Source: a virus
DNA length: 64,000 bases
Strand: one strand, 5' to 3'
Virus record (IMG/VR): IMGVR_UViG_3300031951_000093
Coordinates: 15,994 to 79,993 of that record
Under the pieces are notes generated by a model. It was not told the DNA's origin. It worked only from the letters and a program-made list of their open reading frames with translations, and did no database searches. Positions 36,382 to 44,989 of this stretch are shown here, one piece after another (the stretch's first letter is position 1; the number at the start of each line of letters is the position of its first letter). The position numbers and the translations under genes are program-made.

Positions 36382-37923
36382 GTGCAGCAAAGACTTTCAC
36401 ATCCTACGAGCAATGGTAAGCTGCCATCATTCCGCCATCCTAGGCTAGAAGAAGTCATAGATGATTTGGATCTTGTTTATGATTGTTGGGAGCAACTGCG
36501 CACAAAGGATCAACAAAAACGCTATCTAATCAGGGAGCAAGCTGAGCCGCTTGTGGCCTATCGTGGCAGGCTAGAACGTGCATCATATCCGTCATACTTT
36601 AGGGACGGAATTGATGCCTTTGCTGGTGAATTAAGTCGATTTGAGTTGCGTAATCCACCGAAAACTTTGCTTGCTAGTCAAAATGATATTGATGGTAAAG
36701 GCACAAGCCTAAAAGCCTGGTTTATGGCTGCTGATGCGTTGCTGATGCGTGATAATGGCTGCCTGCTGATGGTGGATAAGGAAAAAAGCACAAACAGAAC
36801 AAGAGGAGATGATATTGCAAATGGCAATAGGCCATTCTTTTCTTATGCTGAGCGCCGTAATGTATTGAACTGGCGTACAGCAAAAGATAATGGCAGGGAG
36901 GTTATATCTGCTGTAACAATTCTTGAATGGCATGAAGAAGCGGATGGTGAATATGGGGTTAAGTTAGTGCCGCATTATCGCGTTATGCAAGGTGGTGATT
37001 GGAAGCTGCTAAAGATTGTAGGCGAATCAAGTGATCGCGGTGGATTGCGCAATAAGGCAACACAAACAGTAGAAGAGGTAGATCAAGGAGAATTCATTGG
37101 TTATCAAAAGCAAAAGCTAAAGTATCCTCCCGTGAAATGGTATAATAATCCAAGAGATGGCATAGGTGAAGGTGCGCCGATGTTGCTTTCGACTGCTAAA
37201 TTAACACTAGATTGGTATAGAAGTTATAGCGATTTGAAAGAGTTATTGCATAAGTGTGCGATGCCTATTCCAGTGCTGAAAGATTCTAATCGGCAGATGA
37301 TACCAGGGCCAGATGGTACTCCAATGCCAGCACCTATTGTACTGGGTCCAAATCAAATCATGCAGATTTTTGATAAAGATGGTAGCTTTTCTTTCGCCGA
37401 GCCAAGCGGTAGCAGCTTGGATAAGCACATGCAAGTGCTAAAAGAATTAGAAGCAAATATCGACCGTAGCTTGCTTAATTTTGTGCTCAGTGGTAGTAGC
37501 AATCGAACCGCAACAGAAGTTGAACTGCAAAGCGCAAGCATTCAAGCAAACCTAACAAGCTTATCAGAATCCAAAGAATCTGCAATGCAATCATTGTATG
37601 AGCTATGGGCAAAGTTCACGGGTGAACAAATACCTAATGATGCCGGTCTTGATATGAAGGCATCCATCACAGAGAAAGAAGTTGATAATGATACGCTAAC
37701 TATGTGCAGTGGATTATACGATAAGGGTCTGATGATGCGCGAAACGTTCCTTGCGCTGGCGCAGCGCCGTGGGCTGCTCAGGCCCAAGGTAGACGCGAAG
37801 AAAGAGGCTGCACTGCTTGCAGTTGAAGATGAAAAAAATAACGCACTGCTAAATCCTCCTGCTCCATCGCCCAATGATCTGGCGGGCGATAATGTAGACG
37901 CGCAGGGGCTGCCTATTCAATAA
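36382..37923 (+). CDS. portal protein (DUF4055-like)
   Basis: YRGRLERA, NDIDGKGTSL, RTATE; position after terminase. Confidence 0.85.
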   Translation: MQQRLSHPTSNGKLPSFRHPRLEEVIDDLDLVYDCWEQLRTKDQQKRYLIREQAEPLVAYRGRLERASYPSYFRDGIDAFAGELSRFELRNPPKTLLASQNDIDGKGTSLKAWFMAADALLMRDNGCLLMVDKEKSTNRTRGDDIANGNRPFFSYAERRNVLNWRTAKDNGREVISAVTILEWHEEADGEYGVKLVPHYRVMQGGDWKLLKIVGESSDRGGLRNKATQTVEEVDQGEFIGYQKQKLKYPPVKWYNNPRDGIGEGAPMLLSTAKLTLDWYRSYSDLKELLHKCAMPIPVLKDSNRQMIPGPDGTPMPAPIVLGPNQIMQIFDKDGSFSFAEPSGSSLDKHMQVLKELEANIDRSLLNFVLSGSSNRTATEVELQSASIQANLTSLSESKESAMQSLYELWAKFTGEQIPNDAGLDMKASITEKEVDNDTLTMCSGLYDKGLMMRETFLALAQRRGLLRPKVDAKKEAALLAVEDEKNNALLNPPAPSPNDLAGDNVDAQGLPIQ

Positions 37924-37961
37924 TTGCGGGAAAAATATAATGATTCTAAGTTAAGACTGTA

Positions 37962-39116
37962 ATGGCTCGCGGCGGCAGATCAGGCAAAAAGCGGACCCAA
38001 TACGTCCGCGACGCGCAGGGGCAGTTCGCCTCAACACCAGGCGGTGGCAAAAAGGCCACACCTAGCGCCGTCAGGAAAGCCGCTAAGGCCGCTACGCTGA
38101 AGGGCGGCACACTAGCAGCCAGAACATCCCTGAGGAAGTCCAGGGCCAAGCTCAAGGGCATCGACAAGGCGGATCCAACCCTTCAAACTTCACTATCAAA
38201 ACGTGCACAGAAAGGTGCCGTAACTCGTGGCAGCAAAAATCTAACCAAGACGATTAAGTCAAGCCGAACACGACTGATTGGTGCTAAGCCTAACGCAAAT
38301 ACAATCAAGAAAAAGCGGCCAGCTTCGATGGCTCACGTCTTGAAAGATGTGACTCGTTCAATGTCGCCAGATGATGCGCAACGTGTACTAGGGAAGAAGC
38401 CACTTGCAAAGCGAAAAATCAACGCAACCGTTAAGACGAGCACAATTAAGAAGAAGCGCAGTCCTATACTTGAAGCTAAACCATTACAAAAGCCAGCGGC
38501 TGAACGTCCGGGCTCGATGACTTCTATCTTGAAAAATACGCTACGCACACTAGCTCAAGCTGATGCGCAACGCATAAGAGAAATTGAATCAATTACAGGG
38601 CAAAAAATTAAGCCAATTAAGCAGCGTGCTGCCGCTATTGCCGCTGGAGATCGCGTCAGGAGCACGGTCAAGGGCGGCAAGGTTGCGGATACCCTGCGGG
38701 CGGGTCTTCGTGAGCTGGCGCAGAGCGATGCCAGGACCATGCGGGAAATGTCAAAGATTGTGAAGGATGCGACGCCTAGGGTGGGCGGAGCGAAGGGAGA
38801 GAATAGTATCAAAGAACTCGCGAAGCCTAAATTGAAACGCGAACCAAAAACAAAATCTGACATAATAAAACAAACTCGAAGAATTATTGAAAAAGCAAGT
38901 GCACGAAAAGAGAAATCCATGTATTCATACGTTATATTCAAGAACGAAAAACGAATTAAAAATGCTACAAAGATTAGAGAAGCAATATTCAACCCACCAA
39001 AGCAAAAAAAACAAAGACAAAAGCGGGATCCATCGCGCCCTACTAGCAAACAGCTTGCAATACGAAGATGGCATGCATCTATGGATGCATGGAATAGAGC
39101 CCAAAGAATGATCTAA
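37962..39116 (+). CDS. highly basic protein, YVRDxxGxF family paralog 1
   Basis: K/R-rich; N-terminus shared with 44990 and 45908. Confidence 0.8.
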   Translation: MARGGRSGKKRTQYVRDAQGQFASTPGGGKKATPSAVRKAAKAATLKGGTLAARTSLRKSRAKLKGIDKADPTLQTSLSKRAQKGAVTRGSKNLTKTIKSSRTRLIGAKPNANTIKKKRPASMAHVLKDVTRSMSPDDAQRVLGKKPLAKRKINATVKTSTIKKKRSPILEAKPLQKPAAERPGSMTSILKNTLRTLAQADAQRIREIESITGQKIKPIKQRAAAIAAGDRVRSTVKGGKVADTLRAGLRELAQSDARTMREMSKIVKDATPRVGGAKGENSIKELAKPKLKREPKTKSDIIKQTRRIIEKASARKEKSMYSYVIFKNEKRIKNATKIREAIFNPPKQKKQRQKRDPSRPTSKQLAIRRWHASMDAWNRAQRMI

Positions 39117-39171
39117 AAAGCAAAAAGCCCGGCTAATCCGGGCCATTGCTGTTGATTGAGCCTGGCGATAA

Positions 39172-39399
39172 TCAACCTGCGTCAGTTAAGTCGATCCCTA
39201 CGATTCTCATGTTGTCGCGCTTCATGCCGATCTGCTCCATTTCGTTAAGTGCATTCATTGCAGACTGCCAGGAATCAAATAGCAGGTCATTAGGGCTAAA
39301 CGCCTGAAGGTAGTCGGTTGCCCCTGAATTACGATCCAGCCACACACCATTGTGGCGGTACTGCAGCTCAAAGCGTTCCTCGGATTGAATGGTGGTCAT
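39172..39399 (-). CDS. small moron-like gene
   Basis: own repeat promoter, TGGG-GAGA-CCCA hairpin and terminator about 39122-39143. Confidence 0.7.
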   Translation of the reverse strand: MTTIQSEERFELQYRHNGVWLDRNSGATDYLQAFSPNDLLFDSWQSAMNALNEMEQIGMKRDNMRIVGIDLTDAG

Positions 39400-39415
39400 T
39401 GGGTTCAATGCAGTG

Positions 39416-39485
39416 GATGGGTCTCCCCACGACCAAATAATACACCATCATCCCATGGCCCCGGAAAAATGAAACAAGCTGTAAC
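39416..39485 (-). promoter_or_regulatory. HLR1-like repeat, -10 and GAGA hairpin
   Basis: GTTACAGC-TT-GTTTCATT, TATTAT at 33 nt. Confidence 0.75.
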
Positions 39486-39511
39486 ATAGGCAGATCAACC
39501 GCCGATAACCC

Positions 39512-41407
39512 ATGGCAACCATAGGCGACCAACAGCTAGCACTATCTGACGATTATGCCGAAGCATTAGATATGCTAAGCAATCGTGCGGTTGATAATAC
39601 CAAAGCGGCCTTAGTGCGATCACTTAAGCGTACCTTAAAAGATCTGCGCCGATACTATTCAGATTTCATTGATCCTGAGCTGAAAAAATATCAATCAGCC
39701 GATGGCAAGATGCGTCGCCCAATGTCATATTCTATCGCTGATAGTAATGCCAAAATGGTTAAGCTTCTTCAGATTGCGCAAGAATACTTTCCAGAGCAAG
39801 AATTGAATCGTATCACAGCACAATATAAGAAAGATTTTGGCGAAGCCGTACAGCTTGGCGGTGATTTGGGTAAAGAATTGGCGCAATTAGTTGATTCTGA
39901 TGGCAAAGGGAATAGCATGTTTGTTGGCGCCAGTAAAGAAGCTGTGATCGGCGCCGCTAACACAGCATCAGCTTATATCAGGCGCGAAGTTGAAACTTTT
40001 CGTGATGATATTGCACGCATTGTGCAGGATGGTATTGGACGCGGGAAAAGCTCTAAAGCATTAGAGAAAGATATAAGAGTTGCACTATTGGGTGCAAAGG
40101 ATCCAAATAATATCACACCTAAATTAGGTCTTCTTCGCCGGGCTGAATTGATTGCAAGATCTGAGCTTGCTAATGCTTATACTGGTGCGCAAAAAGCAGC
40201 CGCAGCGCGTAATGGGTATAAGTATGGGAGGTTTATTACAACACAAGATGAAAGGACTTGTCCGTATTGCGCATCTAGGCATGGTAAGATATATTTGTTA
40301 AGTGAAATGACTGGAACTTTGCACCCTAGATGCGTCTTGGGTGATACAAAGGTTTCCCCTGGGCCTTTCTCTGCGGTTATGCGCGGCTGGTACCGGGGCA
40401 ACATCGTAACCATAAGACTTGATGATGGGAGCAGCCAATCCGTCACCGGCCATCACCCAGTGTTGACGACTGATGGAATCAAGCCCGCTTGCGCTCTCAG
40501 CAAGGGTGATAATTTGATTGGTGATCGCATTAATATCCTCTCTGATTCCTGCTCTGAACCAGACTTCCACCAGGTGCCAGCCTGCGCCGAGAACATATTT
40601 GCGGCGCTTGTTCAATCTGGCGCCATGCCTGCCGTAAGCGTGCCAGTTTCCCCCTTGGATCTCCACGGCGATGGAGTGTGTATTGATGGCAAGATCGAGA
40701 TTGTAAGGTCCACAAGCCTTCTCGAAGGTTACTGGAAAACCGCGACAGGCAAGAATGCTGGCGAGGGCAATAGCGCGAGTCGATACATGGCTTTTAGACA
40801 GTTCTCTACCTTGCGCCTGCCTGATCTGACGATCCTCGGGCTGGGGGGTGCCGCGTGTGGCAGCATGAGCATTCTGAGTGAGGCGCAATCTGTCCTCGCG
40901 GGAGGATTGAGCCATGCGGAGATACATAGAATCACTACGTCCGCGTGGCGTAATCCCTCGCTCACGCAACCTGTTGTCAATGACACTTCGACTAACAAAA
41001 AATTGCTCGGCAAGTGCTTTGACGCTTTTCCCGGACTCGTACAGACTCACAATATCATCGACATTCAGATGAGCGAATTTTCTGGTCATGTTTACAGTTT
41101 TGAAACATTTTGTGGCTACTATTATACAGGATCCCAGTCAAGGATCGTTAACCAAAATTGCCGATGCAGCCTATCTCCAGTTTCTGATCTTGCAGTAGAA
41201 GAAACTGATCCCGAATTGCGCCGTGAATTATTAAGGGAAGACTTTTGGGAGAAGGAACGGAATAATGTATGGAAAAAGTTTGCCGATACTAAAGAATGGC
41301 CATTTGAAAAGGCTTCTAAAGTATTAGAAGATCACCTTAAAAAGCCATCTGCCAGTGAGAAACGGCTTTATCCTGACATCAAGGAAGCTCCTAAGCCGGT
41401 TGCTTGA
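39512..41407 (+). CDS. MuF/SPP1 gp7-like head morphogenesis protein containing an intein
   Basis: RAELIARSE, DERTCPYC, LHPR|intein|CRC. Confidence 0.9.
   Translation: MATIGDQQLALSDDYAEALDMLSNRAVDNTKAALVRSLKRTLKDLRRYYSDFIDPELKKYQSADGKMRRPMSYSIADSNAKMVKLLQIAQEYFPEQELNRITAQYKKDFGEAVQLGGDLGKELAQLVDSDGKGNSMFVGASKEAVIGAANTASAYIRREVETFRDDIARIVQDGIGRGKSSKALEKDIRVALLGAKDPNNITPKLGLLRRAELIARSELANAYTGAQKAAAARNGYKYGRFITTQDERTCPYCASRHGKIYLLSEMTGTLHPRCVLGDTKVSPGPFSAVMRGWYRGNIVTIRLDDGSSQSVTGHHPVLTTDGIKPACALSKGDNLIGDRINILSDSCSEPDFHQVPACAENIFAALVQSGAMPAVSVPVSPLDLHGDGVCIDGKIEIVRSTSLLEGYWKTATGKNAGEGNSASRYMAFRQFSTLRLPDLTILGLGGAACGSMSILSEAQSVLAGGLSHAEIHRITTSAWRNPSLTQPVVNDTSTNKKLLGKCFDAFPGLVQTHNIIDIQMSEFSGHVYSFETFCGYYYTGSQSRIVNQNCRCSLSPVSDLAVEETDPELRRELLREDFWEKERNNVWKKFADTKEWPFEKASKVLEDHLKKPSASEKRLYPDIKEAPKPVA
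40298..41089 (-). CDS. HTH + Vsr/DUF559-like endonuclease encoded antisense within the intein
   Basis: IVSLYESGKSVKALAEQFFVSRSVIDNRL HTH; PYNLDLA..IAVEIQGGNWH..GWHLVEVW; TATAAT at 41121-41126 (minus). Confidence 0.82.
   Translation of the reverse strand: MTRKFAHLNVDDIVSLYESGKSVKALAEQFFVSRSVIDNRLRERGITPRGRSDSMYLRMAQSSREDRLRLTQNAHAATRGTPQPEDRQIRQAQGRELSKSHVSTRAIALASILACRGFPVTFEKACGPYNLDLAINTHSIAVEIQGGNWHAYGRHGARLNKRRKYVLGAGWHLVEVWFRAGIREDINAITNQIITLAESASGLDSISRQHWVMAGDGLAAPIIKSYGYDVAPVPAAHNRRERPRGNLCITQDASRVQSSSHFT
40331..41158 (+). mobile_element. intein (276 aa)
   Basis: block A CVLGDTKV, block B VTGHHPVLT, block F GHVYSFET, terminal QN with +1 Cys; excision restores HPRCRC. Confidence 0.88.
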
Positions 41408-41409
41408 TT

Positions 41410-41490
41410 GTTGCGGTTTGTTACGGTGGGACACTGATGAGCTGCTTGTGTTGTATGGTATGAATGCTAGAGCAATCCAGCGCTAGCATT
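41410..41490 (+). promoter_or_regulatory. HLR1-like repeat, -10 and 5' hairpin
   Basis: GTTGCGGT-TT-GTTACGGT, TATGGT at 34 nt, AATGCTAG/CTAGCATT stem. Confidence 0.75.
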
Positions 41491-41505
41491 GCGTTCCCTT
41501 AACCC

Positions 41506-41835
41506 ATGACTGCTCAATTCAATTTAGAGTCTGTAGTAATCGAAGATACTCAATACATTCGAGCTGACCTTTGTCAGCAACGAGCAACGGGCAATCGCGC
41601 TGTTGTTGTTGTCGATCGAGGGTGGATCTTTGCTGGTAACGTGCAGAGAACAGAGGCTGAGATTACATTGTCTCAAGTTGTGCATGTTTTCAAATGGTCA
41701 AGCATTGGATTTGACGGCATGATTGCAAATCCAAAATCTGACAACGTTGATTTGCGCAAAATGAATCAGGAAGTCAAGATACCGCTTGCATCCGTGATTT
41801 TTGCCATTCCAGTTGATGACGACTGGGGGATTTGA
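41506..41835 (+). CDS. hypothetical protein (DUF6948-like), neighbour of Gly-rich gene
   Basis: VVVVDRGWIFAG motif. Confidence 0.65.
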   Translation: MTAQFNLESVVIEDTQYIRADLCQQRATGNRAVVVVDRGWIFAGNVQRTEAEITLSQVVHVFKWSSIGFDGMIANPKSDNVDLRKMNQEVKIPLASVIFAIPVDDDWGI

Positions 41836-41898
41836 TTGGTTTGTTTCAGGATGCACAATCTCGCGCATCCTAAATTCCACCTATTAACAAAAGGTTTT

Positions 41899-42201
41899 AT
41901 GCCTGATTCTGCATTCCTGCCGGTTGGCAATGGCAATGGCAATGGCTATGGCGATGGCTATGGCGATGGCAATGGTAATGGCGATGGCTATGGCTATGGC
42001 AATGGCTATGGCAATGGCTATGGCTATGGCTATGGCTATGGCGATGGATATGGCAATGGCTATGGCTATGGCTATGGCTATGGCGATGGATATGGCTATG
42101 GCTATGGCTATGGATATGGCAATGGCTATGGCGATAGCAATGGCTATGGCTATGGCTATGGCGATGGCTATGGAACACCATCTATTAGGATTAGAAAATG
42201 A
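41899..42201 (+). CDS. Gly-(Tyr/Asn/Asp) repeat protein
   Basis: ATG 41899, (GX)n tract, ATGA coupling. Confidence 0.75.
   Translation: MPDSAFLPVGNGNGNGYGDGYGDGNGNGDGYGYGNGYGNGYGYGYGYGDGYGNGYGYGYGYGDGYGYGYGYGYGNGYGDSNGYGYGYGDGYGTPSIRIRK
41926..42174 (+). repeat. hexamer tandem repeat GGCDAT (about 40 copies)
   Basis: ggctat/ggcaat/ggcgat units. Confidence 0.95.
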
Positions 42202-42437
42202 AGGTCAAAGAATTGGCTAAATGGCTTGCATCCTTTGAGGATCAAGACGCTGAAGTGGAAGTGATAAGCCATTTACGCGGAAGCAGTTATTATGATCAAG
42301 GCGGCACTGCAACCACAGTGCCATTAGACGTAGAAAAGCACATAACCTATACTGACTTGCGCGGCAATCCATTTATTGAGGAAGGCTGTTCATATCATGG
42401 ATTACGTACGCTACTGATGGGCGAATTGGACGCCTAA
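42198..42437 (+). CDS. hypothetical phage protein (MKVKELAKWL..DQDAEV)
   Basis: ATGA-coupled ORF. Confidence 0.7.
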   Translation: MKVKELAKWLASFEDQDAEVEVISHLRGSSYYDQGGTATTVPLDVEKHITYTDLRGNPFIEEGCSYHGLRTLLMGELDA

Positions 42438-42681
42438 AACCAAACTCATTCTACCGAGCATCATCATGATTGGATTTACAGCAAAAGAAAAAGCAACTAT
42501 AAAAATGTATGGGAAAAGAGCGACGATTATCGGCAGGCTCGCATGTCCCGTGATCGGAGTGTTTGCCTTTTTTGCGCCAGGCCTTGCCACATACCTGATT
42601 GTAAAGATAATCAGGGAGAATCCAGAGCATTTTGTGAGTGATTAAACGTCAGGGGAAAATAACAACAACCGCCTCTGCCAC

Positions 42682-42861
42682 ATGGCAAAATCCAAAAAAC
42701 AAAAAGCCAGCGCCAAAAAGGTCTCCTCCGTCATGCACGAATGGAAGACCGGTGCGCTTCATAGTGGCAAGGGCGGTCCTGTTGTAACCAGTCGCCAACA
42801 AGCCATTGCGATTGCATTATCACAAGGCCGAAAAGCGGCAAAGGGGAAGAAGAAAAAATAG
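42682..42861 (+). CDS. small basic protein (DUF6496-like)
   Basis: manually read: KVSSVMHEWKTGALHSGKGGPVVTSRQQAIAIALS. Confidence 0.75.
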   Translation: MAKSKKQKASAKKVSSVMHEWKTGALHSGKGGPVVTSRQQAIAIALSQGRKAAKGKKKK

Positions 42862-42893
42862 CGGGAAAACTGAGGAAGCCATCTTTCTCCCTC

Positions 42894-43064
42894 ATGATGT
42901 ACGCCAAAAAGCCTGCAAAACCAAGCAAGAAAGGTGGCAGCAAGCCCAAAGGCGGAGGCAAACCCAAAGGTGGTGGCAGCAAAAAGACTCCCTCCAAGCC
43001 GAAGCCTAAAAAGCCCAGCGGTGGTAGCATGTTCCCTGATTACAATAGCATTAAAGTTGCTTAA
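42894..43064 (+). CDS. small K/G/P-rich basic protein
   Basis: manually read ORF after late motif at 42862. Confidence 0.65.
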   Translation: MMYAKKPAKPSKKGGSKPKGGGKPKGGGSKKTPSKPKPKKPSGGSMFPDYNSIKVA

Positions 43065-43067
43065 TCA

Positions 43068-43295
43068 ATGAACAGAACACCTACGTTAAGAATTATTCAA
43101 GCGATTGCTGTTTGTGTTGCTAGTCGCAATGCTGAAGGTGCAATGCAAGGTCTGCGCGTATTGCTAGACCTTGCAGATGAAGATGATGCGGAAAAGATGA
43201 TTCGACTATTGTTGGGTCATCTATCTGCAGGTGATCGCTTTTGGCTCGGCACAATTAATGGCGAGCGCAAAAAACAGGATCTTGCAGTGATCTAA
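43068..43295 (+). CDS. hypothetical protein
   Basis: ORF. Confidence 0.6.
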   Translation: MNRTPTLRIIQAIAVCVASRNAEGAMQGLRVLLDLADEDDAEKMIRLLLGHLSAGDRFWLGTINGERKKQDLAVI

Positions 43296-43296
43296 A

Positions 43297-43803
43297 ATGT
43301 TGGTTCAACTTCCTGATTTAGATAGTTCCTGGCGGCAAACTAGCACGATTAATGATCGTGAACTGATTAGGACATATCTAAATTATCCAGCATCAGAGGC
43401 TAGTCTTACGCTAATCATTCAGCAGATGAATAGCGTATCTTCCGTATCACCTGAAACGGTTGAGCGTATTCAAGGCTGGCTAGATGAGATCATCGAACTA
43501 GAGGAAGTGCAGGCCGATGCGGTTGCTGATGGCACCGCACATCTTGGCAATGTAAAGGAATATGAAGGCGTGATTCCAGGCACCAGCCCAACACGGGATC
43601 AGCAGCTCAGTCAGGCCGGCAAGCTGGCATGGGATACCAGCGTGCTAAAGGCCCGCTATTCGTTTGACGGAAGCGCTCGAAGCACCGCTCAGGGCCAGCG
43701 TGATGAACGGCGCGGAATGCTGGTATCACGCATCTCACAGGCTGTTGGCATCCCATATAACAGCCATGGCGGATATGGTAGCGCGACACTGATTAGAGGA
43801 TGA
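43297..43803 (+). CDS. putative head-tail adaptor/virion protein
   Basis: position and size only. Confidence 0.5.
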   Translation: MLVQLPDLDSSWRQTSTINDRELIRTYLNYPASEASLTLIIQQMNSVSSVSPETVERIQGWLDEIIELEEVQADAVADGTAHLGNVKEYEGVIPGTSPTRDQQLSQAGKLAWDTSVLKARYSFDGSARSTAQGQRDERRGMLVSRISQAVGIPYNSHGGYGSATLIRG

Positions 43804-44125
43804 TTTTTCCTCCTGCAGAAAGGATAGCGCTTTTGACATCATCTAAGGCGTCTTTTTTAACCTCAACAATGATTAAGGTGTATTGCCGTTTCTTGCGCCA
43901 TAGCTTAATCTGTGCGCCAAGACTTCTAATGTAATTACCAACGCTATTTAACACAGACCCGCTAGATACAACTAGACTTGCATTAGGTGGTAAATTCTTG
44001 AATTCATCATCTAGGTCGCTTATTTCAATGCCATCTAACTCAAGTAATATGTCCTCCATATAATTTTTACCCCAGAACTGATCATCAGCAATAAAAGCCT
44101 GCCATTCGCTTTTGGAGATTTTCAT
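43793..44125 (-). CDS. hypothetical protein, paralog A
   Basis: MKISK.EW...KDALDDVKSAILSAGGKIIL. Confidence 0.75.
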   Translation of the reverse strand: MKISKSEWQAFIADDQFWGKNYMEDILLELDGIEISDLDDEFKNLPPNASLVVSSGSVLNSVGNYIRSLGAQIKLWRKKRQYTLIIVEVKKDALDDVKSAILSAGGKIIL

Positions 44126-44286
44126 GATTCACTGGGAAGCAGAGAGATTGTAACACTATTGGAGGTGTTAGGCTTAACGCACATTTTTAAAGCGCGATGA
44201 ACGGCGCGGAATGCTGGTATCACGCATCTCACAGGCTGTTGGCATCCCATATAACAGCCATGGCGGATATGGTGGCGCGACACTGA

Positions 44287-44628
44287 TCAGAGGATGATCT
44301 TTCCTCCTGCAGAAAGGATGGCGCTTTTGACATCATCTAAGGCGTCTTTTTCAGCTTCAACCAGAAACGTTGAATGGCTTGTTTTTTTGCGCCATATATT
44401 AATTTGCGAATTAATTGATCGAACACGCTTGCCGGTATAGTCATTTCCTATAAAGCCGCTAACGGTAATTTTTGCACTAAGAGGCAGGTCGTCAAAATCC
44501 TCGCTTGTATCATCTTTTATTTCTTCTCCTTCATGTTCTATTTTGACGGACATGAAGTGTCTTGCGCAAAGGTCGTAAAGATGATCGCTATAACGAAAAT
44601 CAAGCCATTCTTTTTTGGAGATTTTCAT
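44287..44628 (-). CDS. hypothetical protein, paralog B
   Basis: same termini as paralog A. Confidence 0.75.
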   Translation of the reverse strand: MKISKKEWLDFRYSDHLYDLCARHFMSVKIEHEGEEIKDDTSEDFDDLPLSAKITVSGFIGNDYTGKRVRSINSQINIWRKKTSHSTFLVEAEKDALDDVKSAILSAGGKIIL

Positions 44629-44873
44629 GATTCACTGGGAAGCAGAGAGATTGTAACACTATTGGAGGTGTTGGGCTTAACGCACATTTTTAAGCTGTCA
44701 TACAAAGTTCCTTTGTGAACCACACAATCAATTGATCTTACCTCAATAGATGCCGCTTTTTTGTCGATGGAGACTTCAAATGCAGTTTGATCACCAACAA
44801 CAAATCGCACAAATTTAACACCATCAAGAACTTTAACGTTTTGCGTTAAGGTATGACCGGTTTCAATGCGCAT
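44625..44873 (-). CDS. hypothetical protein (MRIETGHTL...)
   Basis: ORF after promoter 44905-44953. Confidence 0.65.
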   Translation of the reverse strand: MRIETGHTLTQNVKVLDGVKFVRFVVGDQTAFEVSIDKKAASIEVRSIDCVVHKGTLYDSLKMCVKPNTSNSVTISLLPSES

Positions 44874-44904
44874 GGCCAGGGGGATTAGATCAGTGACAGA
44901 TCCT

Positions 44905-44953
44905 ATCGTAAACCATCGCGGCCAACCCTCTGATGATTGCAACAAAATGAAAC
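44905..44953 (-). promoter_or_regulatory. HLR1-like repeat + -10 promoter
   Basis: GTTTCATT-TT-GTTGCAAT, TACGAT at 33 nt. Confidence 0.65.
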
Positions 44954-44989
44954 AATCGGGAAAGCTACAGTATGTAACCCAATCTTCTC

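Larger units (their letters stand above)
43697..44693. repeat. tandem duplication (43697..44190 and 44191..44693), near-identical ends and divergent middle
   Basis: first about 160 bp and last about 80 bp nearly identical. Confidence 0.9.

Noticed and set aside
41897-42220. (MA)n and (HS)n ORFs
   Set aside because: Alternate frames of the GGCDAT repeat; the Gly-X frame has a proper start and ATGA coupling to the next gene.
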